A program made the position numbers and the translations under genes. The notes beneath the pieces were generated by a model, which saw only the letters and a list, made by a program, of their open reading frames with translations, made no database searches and was not told the origin of the DNA. A DNA stretch of 64,000 nt from an uncultured Clostridia bacterium (GTDB taxonomy: Bacteria; Bacillota; Clostridia; Christensenellales; UBA1242): contig CAKNGB010000003.1 of the NCBI GenBank assembly GCA_930971385.1, positions 21,233 through 85,232 on the forward strand. The letters run 5' to 3'. Positions 53,238-61,360 of the stretch are shown here, piece after piece (within the stretch, counting starts at the first letter, position 1; each line of letters opens with the position of its first letter).

Positions 53238-53313
53238 GGAAGTTTAGCTCAGCTGGGAGAGCATCTGCCTTACAAGCAGAGGGTCATAGGTTCGAGCCCT
53301 ATAACTTCCACCA
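53238..53313 (+). tRNA. tRNA-Val (anticodon TAC), CCA encoded
   Basis: GGAAGTT/AACTTCC acceptor, TCTGC-CTTACAA-GCAGA anticodon arm and ATAGG-TTCGAGC-CCTAT T-arm. Confidence 0.92.
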
Positions 53314-53318
53314 ATATG

Positions 53319-53348
53319 AAAAAGCACCACATTTTGTGGTGCTTTTTT
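53319..53348. terminator. bidirectional rho-independent terminator
   Basis: AAAGCACCAC-atttt-GTGGTGCTTT with an A-run and a T-run on either side. Confidence 0.8.
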
Positions 53349-53421
53349 GTGTAATTTGATATATTTTTTAGGAACATTTCAGTCACAATATTATTTTTTA
53401 TGATATGCGTATAGATGCGCT

Positions 53422-54999
53422 TTAATCTTTGTTTTCAGTTTTTAGTAAACTATCAATAATGTATTTACAATAGCGAACAAGAATTCGAGCAAGGCTGTCG
53501 TCTTTTTTCACAAAAACATAGATTTTAAGTTTTGGCTCTGTGCCACTTGGACGGATTATGAAGGAACCTGTTTTAAATTTATACTCCAAAAAGTTTTGCT
53601 TTTCCAGCCCTGTGTTGTCATTAAGATAATCGATAATTTTTTCTATTTTCACCACTTCAATTTTGGTTTTTCTAAGTTTTTCCATAACCTTTTGCATATC
53701 ACTTAAATTTTCAAAAATTATGCTGTCGCTTAAATCATAAAGCCTGCCATATTTCGCATAAATTTCGTCGAGATAGTTAAAAAGAGTTTTGTTTTGCTTT
53801 TTTAAGGCTTCGGCAATCTCGCAAATTTTAAGGGCGCTTTTAATGCCGTCTTTGTCATAAAAGTTCTTTTCCACCGAGTAGCCACAACTTTCTTCATAAA
53901 CAAGCACAACATCCTCGTTTTTATCTTGCAACTCTTTAGCTACTCTTCCTAAATCTTTAAAACCAGTGAGTGTTTTACATAGTTTTGCCTCATTATTTTT
54001 GCATATATCTTCAATTAATGGGCTGGTCACAACGCTTGCCACAACAGTTTTGTTTTTTGTGCCAGAAAGGATATTTTCAGCTAAAATATATCCAACCTCA
54101 TTTCCGCTTAATTTAACAAATTCGCCATTTTTCCTTGCCATAACTCCAAGCCTGTCTGCGTCTGGGTCAGTGGCAATAATGATGTCGGCGTCATTTGCAA
54201 TTTTCAAACTTTCGCTAAACGCTTCCACGAATTCTGGGTTTGGATAAGGGCAGGTTTTAAATTCGCCATTTCCATTTTTTTGACTTTTAGGTGTTTTAAA
54301 ATCAAAGCCATTCTGCTTTAAAATTCGGCTAACAGCATAATAGCCAGTGCCGTTCAGCGGTGTATAGACAATTTTTAAGTTTTTCTTCGTTTTGTCGCAT
54401 TTATTTTCGATAAATTTATCTTCAATTTCAAGTCCAATCTTATGATCGTCCTTTCCACTCAGTTTAAGGTATTCATTATATGCTTTCACTTCGTCAGTCG
54501 TATTATATCCCTTAGAAAGTGCCTCCTGATCGTGCGTGTCAATTTGTATTCCATATTGGTCGAAAACCTTAATGCCGTTATATTCTCTGTGGTTGTGGCT
54601 TGCTGTTATCATAATGCCAAAATCAGCCTTAAAGAAAGTTGTTGCAAAAACGCAAATTGGCGTTGGCACAAAGTTGTTAAATAAATAGACTTCTTTTTCA
54701 CTCAAAATTTTTGCCATAATTTCCGCGAATTTTTTGCTGTTATTTCGCGTGTCATAGGCTATGACTATTTTTGCTTTTTTACCACCTAAAAACTTTAAAA
54801 ATGCAAAAGCAAACTTCGCCACCAAAACTTCGTTCAAGGTGTTTGTGCCAAGCTCCATTTTTCCACGAATTCCACCCGTGCCAAAGGAAAGCGAAGAAGA
54901 AAAATTCCTCTCAATTCCCTTTTCACTCATTTTTTTTAGTTTCTTGACAACATTTTCATCTTCAATGTTTTTCAGCCAATTTAAATATGTTTTATTCAT
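53422..54999 (-). CDS. phosphoglucomutase/phosphomannomutase family phospho-sugar mutase
   Basis: Active-site loop MITASHNHREYNGIKV, Mg site TDPDADR and sugar loop GEESCG-like EESCGY. ATG 54999 behind AGAGGA is preferred over 55026. Confidence 0.9.
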   Translation of the reverse strand: MNKTYLNWLKNIEDENVVKKLKKMSEKGIERNFSSSLSFGTGGIRGKMELGTNTLNEVLVAKFAFAFLKFLGGKKAKIVIAYDTRNNSKKFAEIMAKILSEKEVYLFNNFVPTPICVFATTFFKADFGIMITASHNHREYNGIKVFDQYGIQIDTHDQEALSKGYNTTDEVKAYNEYLKLSGKDDHKIGLEIEDKFIENKCDKTKKNLKIVYTPLNGTGYYAVSRILKQNGFDFKTPKSQKNGNGEFKTCPYPNPEFVEAFSESLKIANDADIIIATDPDADRLGVMARKNGEFVKLSGNEVGYILAENILSGTKNKTVVASVVTSPLIEDICKNNEAKLCKTLTGFKDLGRVAKELQDKNEDVVLVYEESCGYSVEKNFYDKDGIKSALKICEIAEALKKQNKTLFNYLDEIYAKYGRLYDLSDSIIFENLSDMQKVMEKLRKTKIEVVKIEKIIDYLNDNTGLEKQNFLEYKFKTGSFIIRPSGTEPKLKIYVFVKKDDSLARILVRYCKYIIDSLLKTENKD

Positions 55000-55134
55000 A
55001 AGTCCTCTTGAAAATATTATAAACAAAACAAACTTTTAAATCAAATTAAAATTAAATTTTTTAATTTCTTGTTTTATTTGACTTTATAGATTACATTAAT
55101 TTATAATGAAATTAACACAATATTAGGAGGATTT

Positions 55135-56298
55135 ATGAAAGTTTTAATTTTAACTGTTTCCGCTGGTGAAGGTCACAATTCCATGAGCCGAGCAATTTCA
55201 AATTATCTTAAAGACACATATAAGGATGTGGAAATAAAGCAAGTTGACCTATATAAAGACGGCGACAAAACTCGCAAGAAAAAACGCGCTAATTGGATGG
55301 TTAACGACGGCTATTTCACACTGGTAAAATATGCTATTAAATTTGCAAACTCCAACTTTGAAAGGTTGAAAGTGCGCAATATTAACAAAAAGGCAACCAC
55401 TCTTCGTGGCAATTTCATTAAGCCTGCTATTGCTGACATCGAAAAGGTTGTTGATGAATTTAAGCCAGACGCTGTTTTCTGCGCACACACTTTTGCTGGA
55501 ATTATCATGACTGATTTAAGAAAGAAAGGCAACGAAAATGCAAAGAAAGCGAGAGTTGTCACAGTGGTTTCTGACTATGATGTTGCTCCATACACTGAAC
55601 TATTAACTGAGGTCGACTTTGTTGTGACTCCTTCTGACGATTTCGACGATGTTTTAAAGGCAAAAGGATTTGACCTTAAAAAGAGAATAACTTTGGGTAT
55701 TCCTGTTCAAACAAAATTTTCAAAGAAAATAGATAAAATCGAAGCGAGAAAGGAACTTGGCATCGACGAAAACAAGAAAACCATCATGATGATGAGTGGC
55801 GGTGTTGGATTTGGAAATATCGCAAAACTTGTTTTAAACTTAAATAAATGTAAGTCAGATTTTCAAATTGTTTGTGTTTGCGGAAGAAACGCTAAACTCA
55901 AAAAGAATTTGGAGGAACTTAAAGCAAAGGGTAAAATCAAAAAAGACATTTATGTCTTTGGATTTGTGAATAATGTTGATGTCATCATGAGTGCTGCCGA
56001 TGTTTTAATTGGTAAAATTGGTGGTGTGGGAATTTCTGAGGCGTTCAACAAGCATTTACCTATTATTGCCAACAAAAAACTACCTTTCCAAGAATATGAC
56101 AACATGGTTTATCTTAAAGCAAGAAATGCCTGCGAATATATTTCTAAAAACAGCGAGGCATATAAGGTTGTGGATAACTTCTTCCAAGACGAAGATAAAT
56201 TAAAAATCATGCGAGAGCAAATTGAAGTTATAAGGCGTCCTGACGCCTCCAAAGACATTGGAGATCTATTATATTTAGGCAAAGTTTCAGTAAATTAA
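55135..56298 (+). CDS. MGDG-synthase family (GT28, UgtP-like) diacylglycerol glycosyltransferase
   Basis: VLILTVSAGEGHNSMSRAI at the N-terminus and a GT-B C-terminal half (IMMMSGGVGFG...GKIGGVGISEAF). Confidence 0.82.
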   Translation: MKVLILTVSAGEGHNSMSRAISNYLKDTYKDVEIKQVDLYKDGDKTRKKKRANWMVNDGYFTLVKYAIKFANSNFERLKVRNINKKATTLRGNFIKPAIADIEKVVDEFKPDAVFCAHTFAGIIMTDLRKKGNENAKKARVVTVVSDYDVAPYTELLTEVDFVVTPSDDFDDVLKAKGFDLKKRITLGIPVQTKFSKKIDKIEARKELGIDENKKTIMMMSGGVGFGNIAKLVLNLNKCKSDFQIVCVCGRNAKLKKNLEELKAKGKIKKDIYVFGFVNNVDVIMSAADVLIGKIGGVGISEAFNKHLPIIANKKLPFQEYDNMVYLKARNACEYISKNSEAYKVVDNFFQDEDKLKIMREQIEVIRRPDASKDIGDLLYLGKVSVN

Positions 56299-56322
56299 AA
56301 ATTTTTAATTTTAGAGGTGAAA

Positions 56323-57423
56323 GTGAAATACGATTATTTGATTGTTGGGTGTGGGCTTTTTGGTGCGGTGTTTGCACATGAGGCGACTAAGAAGGGTAAA
56401 AAATGCTTGATTATTGACAAGCGCTCGCACATCGGCGGAAATTGTTATTGTGAAAAAGTGGAAGGAATTAATGTGCATAAATATGGCGCGCACATCTTTC
56501 ACACTTCAAACAAGAAAGTTTGGGACTATGTCAACAATTTTGTGGAGTTTAATAACTACATCAACAGCCCAGTGGCTTTTTATAAAGATGAAGTGTATAA
56601 TATGCCTTTCAACATGAACACCTTTTCAAAGATGTTCAATGTGAAAACGCCAAGTGAAGCAAAACAAGTGATTGAAAACGAAATCAAAAAGGAAAATATA
56701 ACCAATCCGAAAAATTTGGAAGAACAGGCGATAAGTTTGGTTGGACGCACGGTTTATGAAAAACTTGTTAAAGGCTACACTGAAAAGCAGTGGGGACGCG
56801 ATTGCAAAGATTTACCTGCATTTATCATTAAGCGCTTACCACTTCGCTTCATATACGACAATAACTATTTTAATGACCGCTATCAAGGCATACCAATCGG
56901 CGGATATAATCCTCTTATTGAAAAGTTAATTGAGAAAAGCGATGTTAAACTTAACACCAACTATTTTGATTTTATAAATAAAACAAAAGACTCCTTTAAT
57001 AAAATTGTTTACACTGGTGCGATAGATGAATTTTTCAACTTCAAATTTGGCGAATTGGAATTTAGAAGCGTCTATTTTGAAAACGAGGTTTTGGACTGTG
57101 AAAATTTCCAAGGCAACGCTGTGATTAACTACACTTCTCGCGATGTTCCATACACAAGGATAATTGAACATAAGCATTTTGAATTTGCAAAAACTCCTAA
57201 AACGGTTATTTCCAAGGAATATTCAATTGAGTGGAAGAAAGGTGTGGAACCATACTATCCAATCAATAACGAGAAAAACAACGCAATTTATGCAAAATAT
57301 CAAGAACTTGCAAAACAGGAGAAAAATGTGATCTTCGGTGGCAGGCTTGGAAGTTATAAATATTATGATATGGACAAGACCATTGAAAGCGCATTAAATC
57401 TTGCCGAAGAAGAATTAAAATAG
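56323..57423 (+). CDS. glf: UDP-galactopyranose mutase
   Basis: YDYLIVGCGLFGAVFA...HIGGNCY...GAHIFHT...YTEKQWG...FGGRLGSYKYYDM is near-colinear with E. coli Glf by eye. The start is GTG at 56323 or 56317. Confidence 0.93.
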   Translation: MKYDYLIVGCGLFGAVFAHEATKKGKKCLIIDKRSHIGGNCYCEKVEGINVHKYGAHIFHTSNKKVWDYVNNFVEFNNYINSPVAFYKDEVYNMPFNMNTFSKMFNVKTPSEAKQVIENEIKKENITNPKNLEEQAISLVGRTVYEKLVKGYTEKQWGRDCKDLPAFIIKRLPLRFIYDNNYFNDRYQGIPIGGYNPLIEKLIEKSDVKLNTNYFDFINKTKDSFNKIVYTGAIDEFFNFKFGELEFRSVYFENEVLDCENFQGNAVINYTSRDVPYTRIIEHKHFEFAKTPKTVISKEYSIEWKKGVEPYYPINNEKNNAIYAKYQELAKQEKNVIFGGRLGSYKYYDMDKTIESALNLAEEELK

Positions 57424-57429
57424 AAAATA

Positions 57430-57466
57430 AAGGATAATGTTAAATTCATTATCCTTTTATTTTTAT
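57430..57466. terminator. bidirectional terminator
   Basis: AAGGATAATG-ttaaatt-CATTATCCTT followed by a T-rich run. Confidence 0.75.
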
Positions 57467-57489
57467 CAAAAGTTTTTTTAATTAATTTC

Positions 57490-57903
57490 CTATTGTTTAT
57501 TTTCCTTTTTTTCCTTTTTATCTTGTGAGAAGCCGAGAAGATTTAACATTTCAATAACATCTTTTCCGCCTTTCATAACAGCATAACTCTTTTTTGTGCC
57601 GTCGTTTAAAACAAGTTTAAGCATGGATGTGAATTTTCCAAATTTAGCACTTTTAATGTTTTCTTTCAAATAGCCATATGCCTCGCTGTAGGCGATATCG
57701 CTGTTTTTAAATGGAATGATGCAGATTTTGTTGGAAAGAAGAGTTATCACATATCTTTCGCTAAGTTCGTTATCAATAAGTGCGCCAATCATTCCGCCAA
57801 ACATTGCCACTGTGCTTTGTGTGCGACCAATGGCAACCAAATTGTTTTCAGTGTAGCCATGTTTTACTATGTCTTCTTTAATAACATCATATTTAAATTT
57901 CAT
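57490..57903 (-). CDS. hypothetical protein (possibly a bacterial PH-like domain)
   Basis: 137-aa ORF with a K/E-rich tail. Confidence 0.5.
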   Translation of the reverse strand: MKFKYDVIKEDIVKHGYTENNLVAIGRTQSTVAMFGGMIGALIDNELSERYVITLLSNKICIIPFKNSDIAYSEAYGYLKENIKSAKFGKFTSMLKLVLNDGTKKSYAVMKGGKDVIEMLNLLGFSQDKKEKKENKQ

Positions 57904-57914
57904 AATAACTCACA

Positions 57915-58427
57915 TTAACCTTTGTTTTTCCCAGGAGCAAAAATCACCGAGAAGAAGGAGCAAATGAGTGAAACGATAATTCCCCAGCCAATCGACAGCA
58001 CAATTCCTTGTTCCACAAGTGCGTTCCAACCGTCTTCGCCAAGAAGTGGCACATCCGTTGCCATGTAAACAGCGAACATAATTGTGGCAAGCGCCATAAA
58101 GATGAAGAAGAAAAGCGCAAACCAACGAGAACTAACATAACTTCTGTTTTTTGTTGCCTTTGTGATGAGGTTGATAAGCGTCATAATCAGCATTGCACCA
58201 GCAAACACAAGCGCCAAAATAAGTGCGATTGCGCCAACTGTCAGATAGACGCTTTGCCCTTCCTCAAAACTAATCATATCGAACACTGATTGGTTAAAAA
58301 GCCCAGTGTCTAAGCCCTCCAAACCGCCATCTGAAATATTGTATATTCCAAAAACTGGCTGAGTGAACATCACAACAGCCACAACGCCTAAGATGATGTT
58401 CAAAATTGCGAAAATAATTGTCAGCAT
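57915..58427 (-). CDS. hypothetical 5-TM membrane protein
   Basis: 170 aa, hydrophobic throughout. Confidence 0.6.
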   Translation of the reverse strand: MLTIIFAILNIILGVVAVVMFTQPVFGIYNISDGGLEGLDTGLFNQSVFDMISFEEGQSVYLTVGAIALILALVFAGAMLIMTLINLITKATKNRSYVSSRWFALFFFIFMALATIMFAVYMATDVPLLGEDGWNALVEQGIVLSIGWGIIVSLICSFFSVIFAPGKNKG

Positions 58428-58547
58428 ATTCCCTCCTTATAGATTCTATTTAATTTTAACATTAAACACGGTTATTGTCAAACAAATCAACTTAAAACAT
58501 GTCAAGTAAATCACAAAAATTCTTTTAAAAAATTTTTCATTTTTTCT

Positions 58548-58576
58548 TTGACAATTTGCTTTTCTAATTGTATACT
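58548..58576 (+). promoter_or_regulatory. promoter TTGACA-17-TATACT for yqzL-recO
   Basis: TTGACA at 58548-58553 and TATACT at 58571-58576. A ~130-nt leader follows. Confidence 0.6.
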
Positions 58577-58711
58577 AAAAATGAAAGAGGAAGCAAAAAT
58601 TTTTGCTTAAACAAGAATTTCTTTCAGTAAACGAAAGGAGGAGAATAACTTTCCACGAAAATATCGTGATAATTGTCGAATTTTGAGGCAAACTAAGATG
58701 AGGAGGGAAGT

Positions 58712-58852
58712 ATGGATATTTTTGAAGAACTAACTTTTACAATGTTTAGAATGTCAGGTGGCAACCCTTATATTATTCAAGACCTTGTGCAAGGGCGAAA
58801 TTTAGCACGCGAAAAAAATGCAAGAAAAACTAAGGAAGAAAGAACGAAGTAA
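58712..58852 (+). CDS. YqzL-like small protein (46 aa), missed by the track
   Basis: MDIFEELTFTMFRMSGGNPYIIQDLVQGRNLAREKNARKTKEERTK. RBS GAGGAGGGAAG. TAATG overlap with recO. yqzL-recO synteny is known from Bacillus. Confidence 0.65.
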   Translation: MDIFEELTFTMFRMSGGNPYIIQDLVQGRNLAREKNARKTKEERTK

Positions 58853-59574
58853 TGGGAAGAAAGATTAAGGCTGTTGTTATTAAAGGAAATAATGTGAAAG
58901 AGAAGGATAAGAGTATTCTTCTTTTTTCTCTTGAAGAGGGCAAAATTTGGGCGACCCTTAAAGGTGTTAGAGGCGAGAAAGCCAAGATGAAATACGCCAA
59001 AGAGCCGTTTTGTTTTGGCGACTTCATTTTGGAAGAAGGAAAGGCTGGCGACATTGTGACAAGTGTTGATGTTATTGAAACCTTTCATGAAATAACGAAC
59101 GATATTAACAAATATTTTGAAGGAAATGCGCTTTTAGAGATTGTTTCACAAGTTGATGAGAGTGCTGAACGCTATGCAATTTTTATGAACCTTGTGAAAT
59201 CGCTAAAAATTCTTTGTTTTCACAATGTGCCAAAATATGAGGTTTTGGTTAAATTCATGCTCGACCTATTTTCCCTTCTGGGCGTGGGAATTTACAGCAA
59301 AAAGTGCACCTGTTGCGGAATTGATTTACATGATAACATTTATATTAACTATAATGTTGGCGAACTTGTTTGCTCGCAGTGTAAAACTTTTCAAAGCGAA
59401 CAAATTGGCAAAGCGGAATTTTCGATAATCAAAATTTTAAGTGAAATTGGCTATGAAAAACTTTCCACAACCAAGTTTTCAGAAGAGGCGCTCTTTCGCT
59501 TACTTAAAATTCTTGTTAAAAATTTTTCAGCTCGATTTGACCGAAATTTAAAGATGATAGGTATTTTATCATAA
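58852..59574 (+). CDS. recO: DNA repair protein RecO
   Basis: N-terminal OB fold (KAVVIKGNNVKEKDKSILLFSLEEGKIWATLKGVR) and a C-terminal Cys4 zinc motif (CTCCG...CSQC). Confidence 0.88.
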   Translation: MGRKIKAVVIKGNNVKEKDKSILLFSLEEGKIWATLKGVRGEKAKMKYAKEPFCFGDFILEEGKAGDIVTSVDVIETFHEITNDINKYFEGNALLEIVSQVDESAERYAIFMNLVKSLKILCFHNVPKYEVLVKFMLDLFSLLGVGIYSKKCTCCGIDLHDNIYINYNVGELVCSQCKTFQSEQIGKAEFSIIKILSEIGYEKLSTTKFSEEALFRLLKILVKNFSARFDRNLKMIGILS

Positions 59575-60432
59575 CTTATCCACAGAGATATCCACAATTT
59601 TTCCACATTTTTCAAAAAATCTCACAAACCTTTTTTCATTTTCTCCTAAAACAACAAACTCATTTGTGGATAAAGGTAAATAACTTTTAACATTTCCAAA
59701 AAGTGTTTCCAAATTTTCTTTTGAAACACTCTTTTTTTCAAGCAAATTTAAGGCGAAATCAAAGTCTTTAATTTTTACGGCTTCCAAAAAGCGATATGGC
59801 GTCATATCTTCGCTATACTTATTTTCGTCATGCGAAAAGTCTAAACTTTCAAGTTTTATTTTATCTTCCTCAAGTTTAAATGTCGATTTCTTCACGCGGT
59901 TTTCAAGGTCGTGAAGATTTTTTTTAACGGTCAGCACATTTTTATCTAAATCCATATTCCCAGAAAAGTGAGAAAGCACATTGGTTTTTGTGTTGAAAAG
60001 GTATAGGTTTTCGTCGTCAAATTCCACACAAGCGTAGTTGTCAAGTTTAAAGATGTGGTAGTTAAAAAAGTTGTGAGGCAGAGTGTATTCCACCGAGATT
60101 TCTTCCTTTTCAAATTTAATGGCATTTTGTGAAACGGTCACACTGCAAGAAAGTGTGGGAAAGTTTTCTTTATATAAAATTTTAAGTTCGTCGTTATAGG
60201 TCAAAACAACAAGCGCGAAATCGTCAAATTCATGCACAAAATAGCGGTGACAGGATTTTGGCGCTTGCAAGTTGATGTAGAAAGGGATGTTTTTGCGAGA
60301 ATATAGAGTGGGATAGATAAAAATTTTCTCTTCATTTTCAATTTCCAAAACATCATTTTCGTCGATTTCCAAACTTTCCTTCTCCGTTTTCACAAGGCAT
60401 GGATAGGTGGATTTTAGTTTAATTTTTTTCAT
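59569..60432 (-). CDS. hypothetical protein
   Basis: 287-aa ORF with no recognisable motif. Its 3' end converges with and overlaps recO by 6 nt. Confidence 0.55.
   Translation of the reverse strand: MKKIKLKSTYPCLVKTEKESLEIDENDVLEIENEEKIFIYPTLYSRKNIPFYINLQAPKSCHRYFVHEFDDFALVVLTYNDELKILYKENFPTLSCSVTVSQNAIKFEKEEISVEYTLPHNFFNYHIFKLDNYACVEFDDENLYLFNTKTNVLSHFSGNMDLDKNVLTVKKNLHDLENRVKKSTFKLEEDKIKLESLDFSHDENKYSEDMTPYRFLEAVKIKDFDFALNLLEKKSVSKENLETLFGNVKSYLPLSTNEFVVLGENEKRFVRFFEKCGKIVDISVDKL
59576..59607 (+). promoter_or_regulatory. three co-oriented DnaA-like boxes
   Basis: TTATCCACA at 59576-59584 (perfect). ATATCCACA at 59588-59596 and TTTTCCACA at 59599-59607 have 1 mismatch each. All lie inside the 3' end of the 287-aa CDS. 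Confidence 0.45.
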
Positions 60433-60546
60433 AAAATATGTGTATGAAACTTCTGGGAATAGTTATAACTTTTTCTTTTAAAAAAATTTGCGTATTTTTA
60501 GTTTAAAATTTTCTTTCTTGGCAACAATTTGCTTAGCGAGGTGAAT

Positions 60547-61254
60547 ATGAAGTCAATTTGGTCAGATGAAGAAGTTAAAAGTTTGTTTAACACTGTGGAA
60601 GAAAAAAGAGGTAAGGGCGAATCGCTTAAAAACGCCTTTTCCATGCACGCACAAAAGTTTCACAGAAAAGGCAACAGCGTGCGAAATTATTACTATCATG
60701 AAGTTGACAATTTGCAAAAGGATGATGCAAGGCGAACTAGGCTTAACATCGACCTTAAAAAGCATATAAAAAATCGTTTAGTGCCTTTTTCTAAGGAGCA
60801 AGAGGAAAAGTTTTTAAGTGAGGTAAAAGCGTTAACCGACAAAGGCATGAGTGTGAGGTCTGCGTGCTTCAAACTTTCCAACGGCGATATGACACTTATG
60901 ACACGGCTTCAAAACAAGTTTCAAAACTTGAAGAAAGAGAAGGCGGAAAAGAAAGACAACATCATCACTTTTAAATCAAGAAAAACGCTGACAGATGCCG
61001 ACATAAACAGCCTTTTTGCTGGGCTTGTTAAACTTGTGAAGAAGAATGCCTATGAAGAGGTGAATGTTAAAATTAAAGAGGAAAAAGAAACAAGCGAATA
61101 TCTTTTAAAAGAGGCATATCTTGAACTTAACAAAAAAGAAAAAGAGATAAACAAACTTAAAAACGAGCTAAATATGTTTAAAGGCATGAAAAAACAAGAC
61201 CTTTTGAAAGCAAAACTAAAAAAAGGCAAGGGTTTAATGGAAACAATAACTTGA
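60547..61254 (+). CDS. Myb/SANT-like (RsfA-type?) DNA-binding domain protein with a coiled-coil C-terminus
   Basis: WSDEEVKSLFNTVEE...GESLKNAFSMHAQKFHRKGNSVRNYYYHEV fits a SANT/Myb helix pattern. ATG 60547 behind GAGGTG. Confidence 0.4.
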   Translation: MKSIWSDEEVKSLFNTVEEKRGKGESLKNAFSMHAQKFHRKGNSVRNYYYHEVDNLQKDDARRTRLNIDLKKHIKNRLVPFSKEQEEKFLSEVKALTDKGMSVRSACFKLSNGDMTLMTRLQNKFQNLKKEKAEKKDNIITFKSRKTLTDADINSLFAGLVKLVKKNAYEEVNVKIKEEKETSEYLLKEAYLELNKKEKEINKLKNELNMFKGMKKQDLLKAKLKKGKGLMETIT

Positions 61255-61288
61255 TTTATAATTAAACTTAAAATTAATATTCAAAATG

Positions 61289-61317
61289 AAATTTGGCTTG
61301 TCCAAATTTTATTTTTT
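61289..61317 (+). terminator. rho-independent terminator
   Basis: AAATTTGG-cttgt-CCAAATTT followed by TATTTTTT. Confidence 0.7.
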
Positions 61318-61360
61318 CTTTTCACTTTGAAAAAATCTCAGTTTATGGTAAAATATTGCC

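Noticed and set aside
58581-58711. Leader of yqzL-recO as a riboswitch or attenuator (palindrome AAGCAAAAATTTTTGCTT at 58592-58609, small hairpins, 8-codon mini-ORF)
   Set aside because: The hairpins are short and AT-rich, no known riboswitch core is recognisable, and there is no terminator/antiterminator alternative that I can draw.
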